64,000 nt of DNA, taken from contig OY781066.1 of the NCBI GenBank assembly GCA_963676395.1, positions 320,001 to 384,000 on the forward strand, in the 5' to 3' direction. Within the stretch, counting starts at the first letter, position 1. The number at the start of each line of letters is the position of its first letter. The DNA is from a bacterium. Its GTDB lineage: Bacteria > Fidelibacterota > Fidelibacteria > Fidelibacterales > Fidelibacteraceae. The translations under genes and the position numbers were made by a program. A model generated the notes under the pieces. The model saw only the letters and a program-made list of their open reading frames with translations, had not been told where the DNA came from and ran no database searches. This document shows positions 40,929 to 51,757 of this stretch, one piece after another.

Positions 40929-43226
40929 CTATTTCATTAATAACATTTTTACACTCTTACAGGTAGTACTCGCATTGAATTTTGCTATATAAATTCCACT
41001 GGGCAAATTTGCAGCATTAAAGTCAACAAAATGACTCCCCGCCGACAATTGTTGCTTGATCAACTCTTGAATTTTCTTACCTTGTAAATCATAAACGCTT
41101 AACTCAACAAAATCATCTTGAGGAATTTCTATTCTTATCCTCGTTGAAGGATTGAAAGGATTGGGATAATTTTGATCTAAACGATAAGTAGAAACAATTT
41201 CCTGGGGAGAAATTGCTGTCAATTCAACTTCAAAATCAAAATAATTCAACACAGATTTCATAATGACACCTTGCATTGAATCCGGATAAATACTTTCAAA
41301 TGGGAAACCAAAATATACAAGTTGCCCTTCTAACTCCGAGTCCCCAAATTTACCTGTATATTCAATTCCCGCACAACCATAAGTAAGTGTATCTAAACCT
41401 GAATAATACATAGATATTGCAGCACCTTCTTGAGGAGCAAAACCATCGGGTGCAAATACCTTATAAATATCATGCGTACCATCATCAAAACTAATTGGAG
41501 CCACACCATTTAACAAAGAACTACTAACATTTTCTGTAAGATATGCTTTTGCTTTACCGTTTTTAACTTTGGCCTTCAAATAGTTTTTATAAAATTCTTC
41601 ATCTTTATTAATCAATGATAAATTCTCCACGATTTGCGCACCGCTAACAAACAGCTTTCCACCGGCTTCAAGAAATGCTCTAGCAAATGTACGTTCTTCT
41701 TCGAGAAATACCCCATTATCTAAGCCACAAATCCAATCAATGCATTTGTAGTCATCTGCTGCAATATTTGATAACATCAAGGCCTCATCCGACATTGAAT
41801 CGTAACCAAGACCGGAGTTAGAAATCGCTTGTCCATGTTGAATGGGAAAATCATACGTATTTCCCGATAACGCCATATCAAAGGCCTGAACGATCAGAAT
41901 TTCATTCACTTCATCCGTCATATAAATACTTAACACATCCTTTGCACAGGGCCCAACACCATAATCATTTTTTCCTGCGATCTTAAAAGCATGACTTTGC
42001 TCTAAAGCCAAAGATTTAAGAGTATCGCAAACCGAATCAATATAAAGGGTATCCGTAAAATCATTTCCATTGTAAGCATGATAAAGTTTAAAACCATTCG
42101 CTCTGTACACACTATCAACACGTACTTCAATTTCACCATTCCCAATATGTCTTAAAGAAAACCATTTTGGCTGAGCAAAAGGACGAAATCCGGGTAATGC
42201 TTCAATGTTTGTATAAATACCTTGATCTGTACCAACTATTGTATCTGTTTCATTGCAAAAAAATGATCTAACCTGATTACTCCCTATAAACCAATTGCTT
42301 TTATCAAGTACTGACCAACTTCCATCATTTTGGTCAAGCTCCAACAAACCCGCTCCTTCAAAATTAACTCCATCCACATAGTGAAAAAGGCCGGCATATA
42401 TTTTAGAGCCATGTGACTGAATAAAGTGAATTCCATCAGCAGGAAGCCCTGTCGATTCTTCATACTTCGTCCAAGCTCCTTGAGAAAAATTAAACAACCC
42501 TCCCCTACAATAATTTGGTGCTTGTATTGAGGTATATTCATCTAAGCCCAACCAGAAACCATATTCATTTACCAAAAGACTTCGGCACATCACAAGATCC
42601 GAACTCGTAGGTATCCCGGCATTCTTGCTATAATAAGTCACTGAAGCAGGATCACTAATATTCAAGGATGCATCATAACGAAACACCCCATCATCCGTTC
42701 CTATCCATACGATAGTATCTGTAGCAAAAACAGAATTCGTATAAGAAGTTTGATAGTTATCCGGTTTCAAATTATCATGAACTTTATATGATTTTGTGCT
42801 GAATGGTTTGGTAAGTAATCCCGTAAATGACGCAACAAACAATGAATCACTATTGGCCGAAAAGCCTCTAACCCAATTGGAGTATACACCTCCGGGTAAA
42901 ATATCGTGATCCCAATCACTACCATCAAGTTTACATGAATGTATACCGTAATTTGTAGCAAACCATACTCGGTTATTTGCAATAAGCATATCATTTACGT
43001 CATCGCTTTGCGTCATATAACCGTTATCTTTTTTGTAATAATACCACTCTTTTTCTCGCTCATCATATCTTAAAGCGCCATGGGATGAAGTTGCCAACCA
43101 ATATCCATGCTCATATTCAAGAATATCAACAATACAATAATCGGATAAAATATTTTTCCAGGATTGTGCCGAGAGAGTAAATGTTGCAAGAAGCAACAAT
43201 AATATGACCAAACGTACTTTTTTCAT
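40929..43226 (-). CDS. Secreted multidomain protein: beta-propeller, FN3-like segment, alpha/beta domain and C-terminal sorting (T9SS type A/FlgD-like) domain
   Basis: Signal peptide; repeats WFATNYG, WIGTDDG and VGTDQG; C-terminal QNYPNPFNP...LPSGIY...KMLLMK. Confidence 0.82.
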   Translation of the reverse strand: MKKVRLVILLLLLATFTLSAQSWKNILSDYCIVDILEYEHGYWLATSSHGALRYDEREKEWYYYKKDNGYMTQSDDVNDMLIANNRVWFATNYGIHSCKLDGSDWDHDILPGGVYSNWVRGFSANSDSLFVASFTGLLTKPFSTKSYKVHDNLKPDNYQTSYTNSVFATDTIVWIGTDDGVFRYDASLNISDPASVTYYSKNAGIPTSSDLVMCRSLLVNEYGFWLGLDEYTSIQAPNYCRGGLFNFSQGAWTKYEESTGLPADGIHFIQSHGSKIYAGLFHYVDGVNFEGAGLLELDQNDGSWSVLDKSNWFIGSNQVRSFFCNETDTIVGTDQGIYTNIEALPGFRPFAQPKWFSLRHIGNGEIEVRVDSVYRANGFKLYHAYNGNDFTDTLYIDSVCDTLKSLALEQSHAFKIAGKNDYGVGPCAKDVLSIYMTDEVNEILIVQAFDMALSGNTYDFPIQHGQAISNSGLGYDSMSDEALMLSNIAADDYKCIDWICGLDNGVFLEEERTFARAFLEAGGKLFVSGAQIVENLSLINKDEEFYKNYLKAKVKNGKAKAYLTENVSSSLLNGVAPISFDDGTHDIYKVFAPDGFAPQEGAAISMYYSGLDTLTYGCAGIEYTGKFGDSELEGQLVYFGFPFESIYPDSMQGVIMKSVLNYFDFEVELTAISPQEIVSTYRLDQNYPNPFNPSTRIRIEIPQDDFVELSVYDLQGKKIQELIKQQLSAGSHFVDFNAANLPSGIYIAKFNASTTCKSVKMLLMK

Positions 43227-43393
43227 GTATCCACCTTTATTACTTAATTATCAAGGCAGTAATATATAAAGAAAGTATAAGAATTGTATATTAAATATTA
43301 AAATTTATAAAAATAGTATAAATTTATTTATCGTATAAGTGCATTAACCTTTTCTGCTCAACTTTTACAAATAATTACACTTATTACAACGAC

Positions 43394-44767
43394 TTACGAC
43401 TTACGCTTTTCCTTTTTCATTCTCTCAAAATAATCTTTGCTCAATTTTACAACAATTGGCGATAGTACAATGATCGCGACAAGGTTTGGCAAAGCCATGA
43501 GCGCATTCATAATATCCGAAAATCCGATAACGATATCAAATTGTACAACAGCACCCAATACAATGAATACAAGATAAACCCATCTATAGGGCTTAATCGC
43601 ATTCTTGCCAAAAAGATAATCGGAGGCCCTGTCTCCATAATAGGACCAGGATACCAAGGTAGAAAAGGCAAAAAAGACAATTCCCAAAGCAACGATCTTT
43701 CCACCGAATGCTGAGTTCAGTCCGAGCTCAAAAGCTTTGGCGGTCAATTCGCCATCTGTAAAACCCATTTCGTGTACGCCGGTAACAAGAATGATCAATG
43801 CCGTTAAACTACAGACCAAAATAGTGTCAATAAATGGCCCTAACATGGCTACAAGACCCTCACGAACCGGTTCATTGGTTCTAGCGGCACCATGTGCAAT
43901 AGCGGCCGAACCCATACCGGCCTCGTTAGAGAATAATCCACGCTTCACACCATTTCGGATAACCGTACCCAAAATACCGCCGGCTAAAGCGGCAGGTGTA
44001 TGAAAGGCGTAATAAAATATATCACGAAATACTCCCGGTATAGCGTTAAAATTCATAGCAAGAATAATGAGTCCCGCTCCCATATAAAATACAAACATAA
44101 AAGGAACGATCTTTGAAGCCACTTTACCAATGCTTTTAATACCACCAAGAATAACGGCACCCACAAGCGTAGCAATACCAATACCAACTAAGAGATTAAA
44201 TATAAAAGTCGGTTCATTGCCTTCATTGAACAAAAAATTAATACTGGTAGCCACATTATTGATTTGGAACATGTTTCCGATACCAAATGAAGCCAACATC
44301 GTAAAAGTAGCAAACAATACAGCCAACCATTTAAAATTCTTACCCATTCCCTGTTCTATATAATACATAGGACCGCCATGAGCTTCGCCATGTTCATCGA
44401 TCTTCCTAAAATGCACGGCTAAGGTACATGAGGTAAATTTTAAAGCCATACCAAATAGTGCCGTGATCCACATCCAAAATACCGCCCCGGGACCGCCCGC
44501 AAGAATAGCCGCAGCCACACCCACGATATTTCCGGTACCAATGGTTCCGGACAAGGCAGCCGTTAAAGCCTGAAAGTGAGTGATCTCACCGGGATCTTTT
44601 TCTTTATCATATTTACCGGATAAAATACCAAGACCATGCTTAAATCCACGAAGTTGAATAAACTTATAACGGATTGACATAAAAATACCGGTACCAACAA
44701 GAATCACCATTAATGGCGGACCCCATACAAAAGACTGAATAGCGGCAATAATTTCATGAATGTTCAT
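43394..44767 (-). CDS. Sodium:alanine/glycine symporter (AGCS family)
   Basis: GTIGTGNI, GGPGAVFWMW, GGPMYY, RGLFSNEAG and PFIDT. Confidence 0.95.
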   Translation of the reverse strand: MNIHEIIAAIQSFVWGPPLMVILVGTGIFMSIRYKFIQLRGFKHGLGILSGKYDKEKDPGEITHFQALTAALSGTIGTGNIVGVAAAILAGGPGAVFWMWITALFGMALKFTSCTLAVHFRKIDEHGEAHGGPMYYIEQGMGKNFKWLAVLFATFTMLASFGIGNMFQINNVATSINFLFNEGNEPTFIFNLLVGIGIATLVGAVILGGIKSIGKVASKIVPFMFVFYMGAGLIILAMNFNAIPGVFRDIFYYAFHTPAALAGGILGTVIRNGVKRGLFSNEAGMGSAAIAHGAARTNEPVREGLVAMLGPFIDTILVCSLTALIILVTGVHEMGFTDGELTAKAFELGLNSAFGGKIVALGIVFFAFSTLVSWSYYGDRASDYLFGKNAIKPYRWVYLVFIVLGAVVQFDIVIGFSDIMNALMALPNLVAIIVLSPIVVKLSKDYFERMKKEKRKS

Positions 44768-44842
44768 ATCGGCTCCTTTCCAAAACTATAACTCAGTACA
44801 ATATATTTACAATATTAAAGCGAATATAAGAGAATTATTTTG

Positions 44843-44870
44843 GATTATGAATCATAAATTATGAATTATG
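44843..44870. repeat. Degenerate 7-bp tandem repeat (AATTATG)
   Basis: GATTATG AATCATA AATTATG AATTATG. Confidence 0.6.
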
Positions 44871-45061
44871 GACTCTTTAAATAAGTGTATAAAGTCAATC
44901 TCTTAGATCACTGCGTAATTAGTCTTAAATATAGTGAAAGAATCTCATGACGATTTAACATAAAGCATCAGATTGCTTCTATGAAACCATAAAAAATAAT
45001 TATGTATAAATAAATATTCTAAACAGAAACAAACAGCATCCATAAAACTGATTTGATAATT

Positions 45062-45679
45062 TTAAACTATATTAAAATTGGGATCCAAATTATCCCCGGG
45101 TCGAAACTCCTGAAAAATATGATGTGCCTTCAAATCTTTCATCCATGCTCTGATCTCGGATAAGTGCTCTTCACGATGTATTGTTGGCACAACGGTCGTT
45201 CTGAATTCATGGGGAATCAGCGATTCGATGATCAAGTCAATACTTTGATGTATATGTTCTATATCAATATCTTGTCCACAGGCCATAGCATATCCGGATG
45301 GCGAAGATTTTATATCCATAGCAATAAAATCCAAAATATCTTCATGAATAACTTCTGAAAGAAATCCCGGAGAATATCCATTCGTATCCAATTTTAATAA
45401 ATATCCCATTGATCTTATTTCTTTCATAAATGGAATAATATCCTTTTGACAAGAAGGCTCACCGCCCGATATAACCACAGCGTCAATCATATCCTTACGT
45501 TTATTTAAATAAGATAGAACCTCTTCTTTACTGATCGTTTTTCCGAATCTTTCAGGAAGAACCAAAGCGGGATTGTGACAAAAAGGGCAGCGAAAATCAC
45601 AGCCTTGAGTAAAAACAACAGCTGCCACTTTCCCGGGATAATCGATCAACGAAAATTTTTGAAAACCACCAATTCGCAT
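45062..45679 (-). CDS. nrdG: Anaerobic ribonucleotide reductase activating enzyme
   Basis: SLIDYPG, GCDFRCPFCHN, SGGEP and LDTNG; coupled to nrdD. Confidence 0.92.
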   Translation of the reverse strand: MRIGGFQKFSLIDYPGKVAAVVFTQGCDFRCPFCHNPALVLPERFGKTISKEEVLSYLNKRKDMIDAVVISGGEPSCQKDIIPFMKEIRSMGYLLKLDTNGYSPGFLSEVIHEDILDFIAMDIKSSPSGYAMACGQDIDIEHIHQSIDLIIESLIPHEFRTTVVPTIHREEHLSEIRAWMKDLKAHHIFQEFRPGDNLDPNFNIV

Positions 45680-47787
45680 TATTCTACTTTTAGCATTTTT
45701 CTGTTCTTAAATTCATTTTTCTTACCATCATTCCATTGGTTTACAGGACGGATATAACCTACCACACGCGAATAAATCTCACAGTTTTCTCCGCATTGTG
45801 GACATTCTCTGTGTTCACCCGAAAGATATCCATGACTGGGACAAACCGAAAAGGTCGGTGTAAGTGTAAAATATGGTAAACGATAATTTTCGCAGACTTT
45901 TTTTACAAAGGATTTTACAGCATTCGTATTCGACATACGTTCACCCACAAAAACATGTACAACAGTTCCGCCCGTAAATTTAGTCTGTAATTCATCCTGA
46001 AGCTCTAATAACTCAAAAGGATCATCCGTGTAATTAACCGGTAACTGTACAGAATTTGTATAGTATGGTTCAGCGCCTTTTTTATAATCACTATCATTTG
46101 CACAAATAATATCAGGAAATTTGTTTTTATCAATTTTCGCAAAGCGATATGCCGTACCTTCAGCAGGAGTTGCTTCAAGGTTATAATAGTTGCCGGTATT
46201 TTCCTGTACTTCAATAATTTTATCTCTCAAAACATCCATCACTTCAACGGCAAAGTCTCTCCCCTCCTCTTCTGCAATATTTTTACCAAGAAGATTTTCG
46301 CAGGCTTCGTTCATTCCGATTACACCGATGGTACTGAAATGATTTCCCCAATAACAATTTAATCTTTGCTTTATGTCCTGTAAATAATGTTTTACATAAG
46401 GGAAAAAATTATTCTCCGTGTAAATTTCCAATACCTTTCTCTTGATCTCTAAACTTTGAACAGCCGTTTCTACCGTTAAGAACAACTTTTCATAAAACTC
46501 ATCTTTATTTTTAGCAAGAAAAGCGATACGCGGGAGGTTTATGGTTACTACCCCAATAGAACCGGTCAGTGGATTTGCTCCAAATAAACCACCGCCACGT
46601 TTACGTAATTCACGGTTATCCAACCGTAATCGACAACACATGGAACGAGCATCATCGGGATTCATATCAGAATTAACAAAATTCGAGAAATATGGGATAC
46701 CGTATTTGGCTGTCATCTCCCACAATCCCTCAAGTTCAGGATTTTCCCAATTAAAATCAGAGCTAATATTGTAAGTTGGAATTGGAAATGTAAACACCCT
46801 ACCTTTAGCATCCCCGGCTAACATAACTTCAAAAAACGCTCGATTGAGCATATTCATTTCTTTTTGAAAATCTTCATAGCACTCTTTTTTTACCTCACCG
46901 CCAATCATTACATTTTGATCAGCGTAAATACTAGAAGCCTGTAAATCCAAAGTAATGTTTGTAAAAGGAGTTTGGAAGCCTACTCTTGTAGGAACATTAA
47001 TATTAAAAACGAATTCCTGCATCGCCTGTTTTACGTCTTTGTAACTCAAACCATCATAACGAATATAAGGTGCCAATAATGTATCAAAGCTGGAAAAAGC
47101 CTGAGCGCCTGCCGCCTCTCCCTGTAGCGTATAAAAGAAATTTATGATCTGTCCCAAAGCGGTCCTTAAATGTTTGGCAGGCTTGCTCTCTATTTTTCCG
47201 CTAACACCGCCAAATCCTTTATGTAAAAGCTGATATAGATCCCAGCCTACACAATATACCGATAAAGAATTCAAATCATGTACATGTAGTTCACCATTAA
47301 GATGTGCATCTCTGATCTTCGGGGGATATACTTTATTTAACCAATAGACTTTCGAGATCTCTGATGAGATGTAATTATTCAAACCTTGTAAAGAATATGA
47401 CATATTGGAATTTTCCCGAACTTTCCAATCCTTTTTCCCAATATACTGATCAACAAGATCCAATTGGGCACGTGTAGCCATATCACGCAATTTTGCATGT
47501 TGATCCCTGTATAAAATATATTCTTTAGCGGTTTTTAAATAAGGAGATTGGATCAATACCTCTTCGACAATATCCTGAATATCTTCTACATTCGGTGTAT
47601 TTACATTGATAGTCTGAAATGCCAAACTAAGCACCCGCATGGTGATCTTTTTGGCAGTGTTTTCTCCAAATTCACCTGTGGCATGTCCCGCCGAATTAAT
47701 AGCGCGTGTAATTTTGTTTGCATCGAACGGTACTCTCGATCCGTCTCGTTTGATAATATTCTGAAAAATTGTGTCGGGATGTGACAT
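45679..47787 (-). CDS. nrdD: Class III ribonucleoside-triphosphate reductase with N-terminal ATP cone
   Basis: IKRDG...F ATP cone, SMCCRL finger loop, EATPAEG, Zn motif and the glycyl-radical YSRVVGY. Confidence 0.95.
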   Translation of the reverse strand: MSHPDTIFQNIIKRDGSRVPFDANKITRAINSAGHATGEFGENTAKKITMRVLSLAFQTINVNTPNVEDIQDIVEEVLIQSPYLKTAKEYILYRDQHAKLRDMATRAQLDLVDQYIGKKDWKVRENSNMSYSLQGLNNYISSEISKVYWLNKVYPPKIRDAHLNGELHVHDLNSLSVYCVGWDLYQLLHKGFGGVSGKIESKPAKHLRTALGQIINFFYTLQGEAAGAQAFSSFDTLLAPYIRYDGLSYKDVKQAMQEFVFNINVPTRVGFQTPFTNITLDLQASSIYADQNVMIGGEVKKECYEDFQKEMNMLNRAFFEVMLAGDAKGRVFTFPIPTYNISSDFNWENPELEGLWEMTAKYGIPYFSNFVNSDMNPDDARSMCCRLRLDNRELRKRGGGLFGANPLTGSIGVVTINLPRIAFLAKNKDEFYEKLFLTVETAVQSLEIKRKVLEIYTENNFFPYVKHYLQDIKQRLNCYWGNHFSTIGVIGMNEACENLLGKNIAEEEGRDFAVEVMDVLRDKIIEVQENTGNYYNLEATPAEGTAYRFAKIDKNKFPDIICANDSDYKKGAEPYYTNSVQLPVNYTDDPFELLELQDELQTKFTGGTVVHVFVGERMSNTNAVKSFVKKVCENYRLPYFTLTPTFSVCPSHGYLSGEHRECPQCGENCEIYSRVVGYIRPVNQWNDGKKNEFKNRKMLKVE

Positions 47788-47796
47788 GAGCTCTCC

Positions 47797-47911
47797 TTTT
47801 GTTTACGCGACAAAATTAAAGTAATGCTATCATGGTTTTCGGACTTAGAGCAAGCTCAATACCGTAGCGCGACTGTGCCTGATTCTAACAGGCTTCCCCA
47901 TCTACGATAGC
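47797..47911 (-). promoter_or_regulatory. Compact cobalamin riboswitch upstream of nrdD
   Basis: Minus strand: GCTATC/GATAGC closing stem, GGGGAA, GCCTG-TTAGAAT-CAGGC, ACAGT-CGCGCT-ACGGT, short GAGC/GCTC stem, AAGTCCGAAAACC B12-box-like segment, then TTTTGT-CGCGTAA-ACAAAA abutting the GGAG RBS. Confidence 0.88.
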
Positions 47912-48105
47912 TAAATAAAATGTAAATATCGTTTTCAAACGACAATTTATTGTACGAATTATTATCAAATTGACCAACGATTATTGAATATATTTTTAAA
48001 TATCAATACTCATTTTCATATTGATCATAGAGCCATCAACACTCTCACAGCTGAACCCCGGCATATTCATAACTTATCAAATCAATTACAATTATTTACC
48101 GGGAC

Positions 48106-48142
48106 AAAAAAATGCCTCGAAGAATTAGTCCGAGGCATTTTT
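48106..48142. terminator. Intrinsic terminator after the GltS-like gene
   Basis: AAAAATGCCTCG...CGAGGCATTTTT. Confidence 0.8.
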
Positions 48143-48167
48143 ATCAATAGATGTAAATTAAAAAATC

Positions 48168-49598
48168 TTAATCAGCTTTTTTCTTTAGCCAAACCTGACG
48201 TTTATTTTTGAAAGCGTTATTCTTGGATTTAACGATAAAGTAGATCGTACATCCAATAAAATAGACAAAAGTCAGTCCAAGGAACATCCAAAAATACATC
48301 CAATTTCCTTCCAAGAAAGCTTTTACCGGCCAACTCAGGAAAAGAATAAGCGGAATAACCAGCACAAACACAATACCCGAACCGTAGGTATAATCTTCAA
48401 CAACCGGTGAATCAAATTCAGGATCGACCACACGAATCAGAGCAAGTGCTGTAGAGAGGGTGCCTGTCGATACACCAAAAATCATCAGTGTTCTGAAAAA
48501 GCGGTGAGTTTTATACATTCGGGAACCGATATAAATAACCGCCCAGATGGAAATGGCTCCACCAACGATCGAAACAATTAGAATAGGCAGCCAATAATTA
48601 GCAATTACTGCAATTGAAATCGCTCCGATAGCCGCAGTAACCATAATATCGACCAATAGACCCGATACTCGATTCATTGTTAAATTATCAATAATATGAT
48701 CTCCTTTGAGTGCAACAATGATCTTTCGAACAATCATACCGGTAAGGGCGGCAAAAATAAAGTTTATTCCCCAAAGACTTTCACCCAATTGAACACCTGC
48801 ATTACCAATTAAAGCAAGTACATTGGTTAAACCAAGCAATAACAAATATGACAAAAAATATGTAAAAATAACCAACCCTGTCTGCAAGGTCATTGAATCA
48901 ATAGCTTCACTTTCGGAAGTCAAATAGGAACCAACAGGTTTAGGCTCTTTACGATCACGGGAAAAAATACCTTTTCGAGTACCTTCTTTGCTCATATATG
49001 ATAATTCTTCTTCGGAGATCCAATTGTTTCTTTTGGCAAAATTGATAAAATAAATACCACCAAAACAGCAAAGAATAAATCCAATGGCTGCAAAGGTTAA
49101 TCCTACCGAACCCAGTCCGGTCATACCCATCATATTATTCCAGGACATCCCAATGGACATAGCTTGTCCCGGTCCTAAAACAAAACCTAAAGGCATAAAT
49201 TCGCCAAAAGACCAGAAAAGCTCGGGACGAAATGTTTTTACCATAATAAAGGTCAATAGAAGTCCGACAATGATCTGAATGGAATATTGATAGAGAATAC
49301 CAATCGCCATCGGCATTGAGCCATCATTATCTTTTGATTTCGGTTTGGTATGTTTGAGTGTTAACACAACAAAGGACATACCAAGAAAGTGATAAGCCAG
49401 ATCTTTAAGTGTCCCTATTTCAAAACCCAGTGATGGAAAAACGTAGTTATACAAAGGCAGTAAAATAAAACCGGCAGTCAATGCGTTCGGGATAAGAAAT
49501 TTCTGAAAGAATTTTACTTTAGAACGAATAAAGGTGGCAATAAGTAAAGCACAGGAAATAATTCCCAAGTTGATAAATACATCCCAATTGAAATGCAT
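48168..49598 (-). CDS. Sodium:glutamate symporter (GltS/ESS family)-like transporter
   Basis: LIPNALTAG, GF..GPGQA, TFAAIG and FG..TGT...ALAL.RVVDP. Confidence 0.82.
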   Translation of the reverse strand: MHFNWDVFINLGIISCALLIATFIRSKVKFFQKFLIPNALTAGFILLPLYNYVFPSLGFEIGTLKDLAYHFLGMSFVVLTLKHTKPKSKDNDGSMPMAIGILYQYSIQIIVGLLLTFIMVKTFRPELFWSFGEFMPLGFVLGPGQAMSIGMSWNNMMGMTGLGSVGLTFAAIGFILCCFGGIYFINFAKRNNWISEEELSYMSKEGTRKGIFSRDRKEPKPVGSYLTSESEAIDSMTLQTGLVIFTYFLSYLLLLGLTNVLALIGNAGVQLGESLWGINFIFAALTGMIVRKIIVALKGDHIIDNLTMNRVSGLLVDIMVTAAIGAISIAVIANYWLPILIVSIVGGAISIWAVIYIGSRMYKTHRFFRTLMIFGVSTGTLSTALALIRVVDPEFDSPVVEDYTYGSGIVFVLVIPLILFLSWPVKAFLEGNWMYFWMFLGLTFVYFIGCTIYFIVKSKNNAFKNKRQVWLKKKAD

Positions 49599-49742
49599 GA
49601 TCCCTCCAAATGTTTTGCTTAGGCTTAGAGCTTAAGATTTAGTTAGATATGCTTAAAGGTCTGTTTCCCCAAACCACCCTAACTTATCTAAACATTTAAA
49701 CTTCCAAGCGTATTTCTATAACAATTATCTAATCTTATATAA

Positions 49743-50018
49743 TTATTTTGAGTCTTCCAGAGGCTTCTTATAAAAAAGATAAATTGAATCATCATCCAAT
49801 GCAAAACCCATTTGATAGCGCCATCCTTCCATTGTTAGCGCTTCAGATTCATATTGGAGATCATCCATCTTTACATGATCTACCGATTCATTTCCGGTAC
49901 CGGGCATGAACTGATTTACAAAATTATCATCATTAACAATACGAAGAACCTTGTGGCCCCAGTCAGATTTGTTTGTTTGTTTGTTTTTCTGTTTCAAATT
50001 CACCTCTACTTGCTCCAA
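49743..50018 (-). CDS. Small hypothetical protein (possibly DUF4177-like)
   Basis: W..KV...L..EGW...LFYKKP pattern; start uncertain (TTG). Confidence 0.5.
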   Translation of the reverse strand: MEQVEVNLKQKNKQTNKSDWGHKVLRIVNDDNFVNQFMPGTGNESVDHVKMDDLQYESEALTMEGWRYQMGFALDDDSIYLFYKKPLEDSK

Positions 50019-50092
50019 ATTTACGAAATTGAGAGAGCATTAGCAATTATTATTGTTCGATTGTAGAAAGCCGACCTGAATGTTAGCGGAAT

Positions 50093-50118
50093 AAAAAAGG
50101 TCGATTCTAAAGTCGACC
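50093..50118 (-). terminator. Terminator after rsmA
   Basis: Minus strand: GGTCGA-N8-TCGACC-TTTTTT. Confidence 0.7.
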
Positions 50119-50170
50119 ATACCTTTCCAAAACGATCAATATAAATTCATTTTTCATTCGTAATTGACAA

Positions 50171-50941
50171 TTAAGCTTCCCCTTGTTGATTGGCAATTAT
50201 CAATTGATTGAGTTCGCAAAAATCATTTGGACTTAATTGATCCACTCTCTTTCCCCAATCAAACTTATTTTCCAATTCGGGAGTAAAATAATGCTTCAGA
50301 CTATTTCGCAAAGTTTTACGTCGCTGATTAAATGCCGTTTGTACAATTTTAATGTAAAACTCATCGTTTATATCATCATCATGAAAAATTAATTTAACAC
50401 AAGCTGACATCACTTTAGGAGGTGGAAAAAACACTGAAGGAGGAATAGTAAACAATAGCTTAGTCTCTGCAAAAGTATGAGATAAAACGGCAAGAATACC
50501 ATAAGCATCATCACCCGGCTTAGCAACCAGCTTATCGGCAAATTCTTTTTGAACCATAAAAATCAGCTCACTAATTCCTGCACGATGCTTAAAAGCTTTA
50601 TATAGCAAGGCGCGGGAGACATTATATGGAATATTGCCCACCAATCTATCCACAGGTAAAAAGGGTTCCCAATCGATCTTGGTTGCATCGACTTCTTCGC
50701 AATTAAAATCACAACGATCTTGTGCGATTTTTTTCCAATTCTCTGCCAAAACCGTGTCCAGCTCTAAAGATGTAAGTTCACAATCCATATTCAGAAGCTC
50801 ATGAGTCAAAGCTCCCTCACCCGGTCCTATTTCCAATATCTTATAACCCGGCAACAACTCAAAAGAACGTATGATCTTTGCAATCATGTTCTTATCTGTT
50901 AAAAAGTGTTGGCCAAGGGATTTTTTGGGGATATGATGCAT
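50171..50941 (-). CDS. rsmA: 16S rRNA adenine dimethyltransferase
   Basis: KSLGQHFL, EIGPG.G.LT, GNIPY, F.PPPKV.S and FNQRRKTL. Confidence 0.95.
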   Translation of the reverse strand: MHHIPKKSLGQHFLTDKNMIAKIIRSFELLPGYKILEIGPGEGALTHELLNMDCELTSLELDTVLAENWKKIAQDRCDFNCEEVDATKIDWEPFLPVDRLVGNIPYNVSRALLYKAFKHRAGISELIFMVQKEFADKLVAKPGDDAYGILAVLSHTFAETKLLFTIPPSVFFPPPKVMSACVKLIFHDDDINDEFYIKIVQTAFNQRRKTLRNSLKHYFTPELENKFDWGKRVDQLSPNDFCELNQLIIANQQGEA

Positions 50942-51004
50942 AAATTAATTTGTTCTGAGTAAAGTACGGTCGCAACCATTCCCTACTTGATGTTTATAAA
51001 TCAT

Positions 51005-51757
51005 TTAAAATTTAAAAAACGTTTCTGCTGTCTTTGTAGTCATGCTCGCTACCTCACTTACGCTTTTCCCAAATATCTGCGCAAACGTTTTGGCAACTTC
51101 TATCACATAGGCCGGTTCATTTTGTTTACCACGATGCGGAATGGGTGCCATCCAGGGACAATCGGTTTCGATCATTAATTTTTCAAGCGGGAGTTTTGAG
51201 ACCAATTCTTTTACCTGCTTCGCGAACGTTACCACACCGGTAAATGAGATCAAGGCTCCTCTGTTCAGTACTTTCTTTGCAAAGGTTTCATCGGAACCAT
51301 AACAATGAAATTGGGCATGAAAACAATCTACAATATCCATGATTTCATAGGTATCGGCATCTGCCGTACGATTATGAATGATCATGGGATATTGTTTATC
51401 TTTGGCGAGTTCTAACTGTCCTTGAAATATTTTTTTCTGAATGTCAGTGGGAGCATAATCGCGGAAGTAATCGAGTCCTATCTCTCCCACCGCAACCACT
51501 TTGGGATGTTGGATCAATTCTTCAAGGATCTTTAGGTGATCCTTTTCAGCCTTTACGGAATCATGAGGGTGAATCCCTACCGCCGCATAAATACCTTCAA
51601 ACTTTTCGGTCAACTTTATTGCTTTTTCTGACGTCGCAATATCAATCGCTGGAACGATTATTTTACTCACACCTGCAAGCTCTGCCCGCTCAAGATAGGG
51701 AGCGGGATCTTTGTAAAAAGGATCCAAATTTAAGTGAGCATGAGTATCTATAAACAT
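51005..51757 (-). CDS. tatD: TatD-family nuclease
   Basis: DTHAH, GIHPH, GEIGLD, HNR and ETDCP. Confidence 0.93.
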   Translation of the reverse strand: MFIDTHAHLNLDPFYKDPAPYLERAELAGVSKIIVPAIDIATSEKAIKLTEKFEGIYAAVGIHPHDSVKAEKDHLKILEELIQHPKVVAVGEIGLDYFRDYAPTDIQKKIFQGQLELAKDKQYPMIIHNRTADADTYEIMDIVDCFHAQFHCYGSDETFAKKVLNRGALISFTGVVTFAKQVKELVSKLPLEKLMIETDCPWMAPIPHRGKQNEPAYVIEVAKTFAQIFGKSVSEVASMTTKTAETFFKF

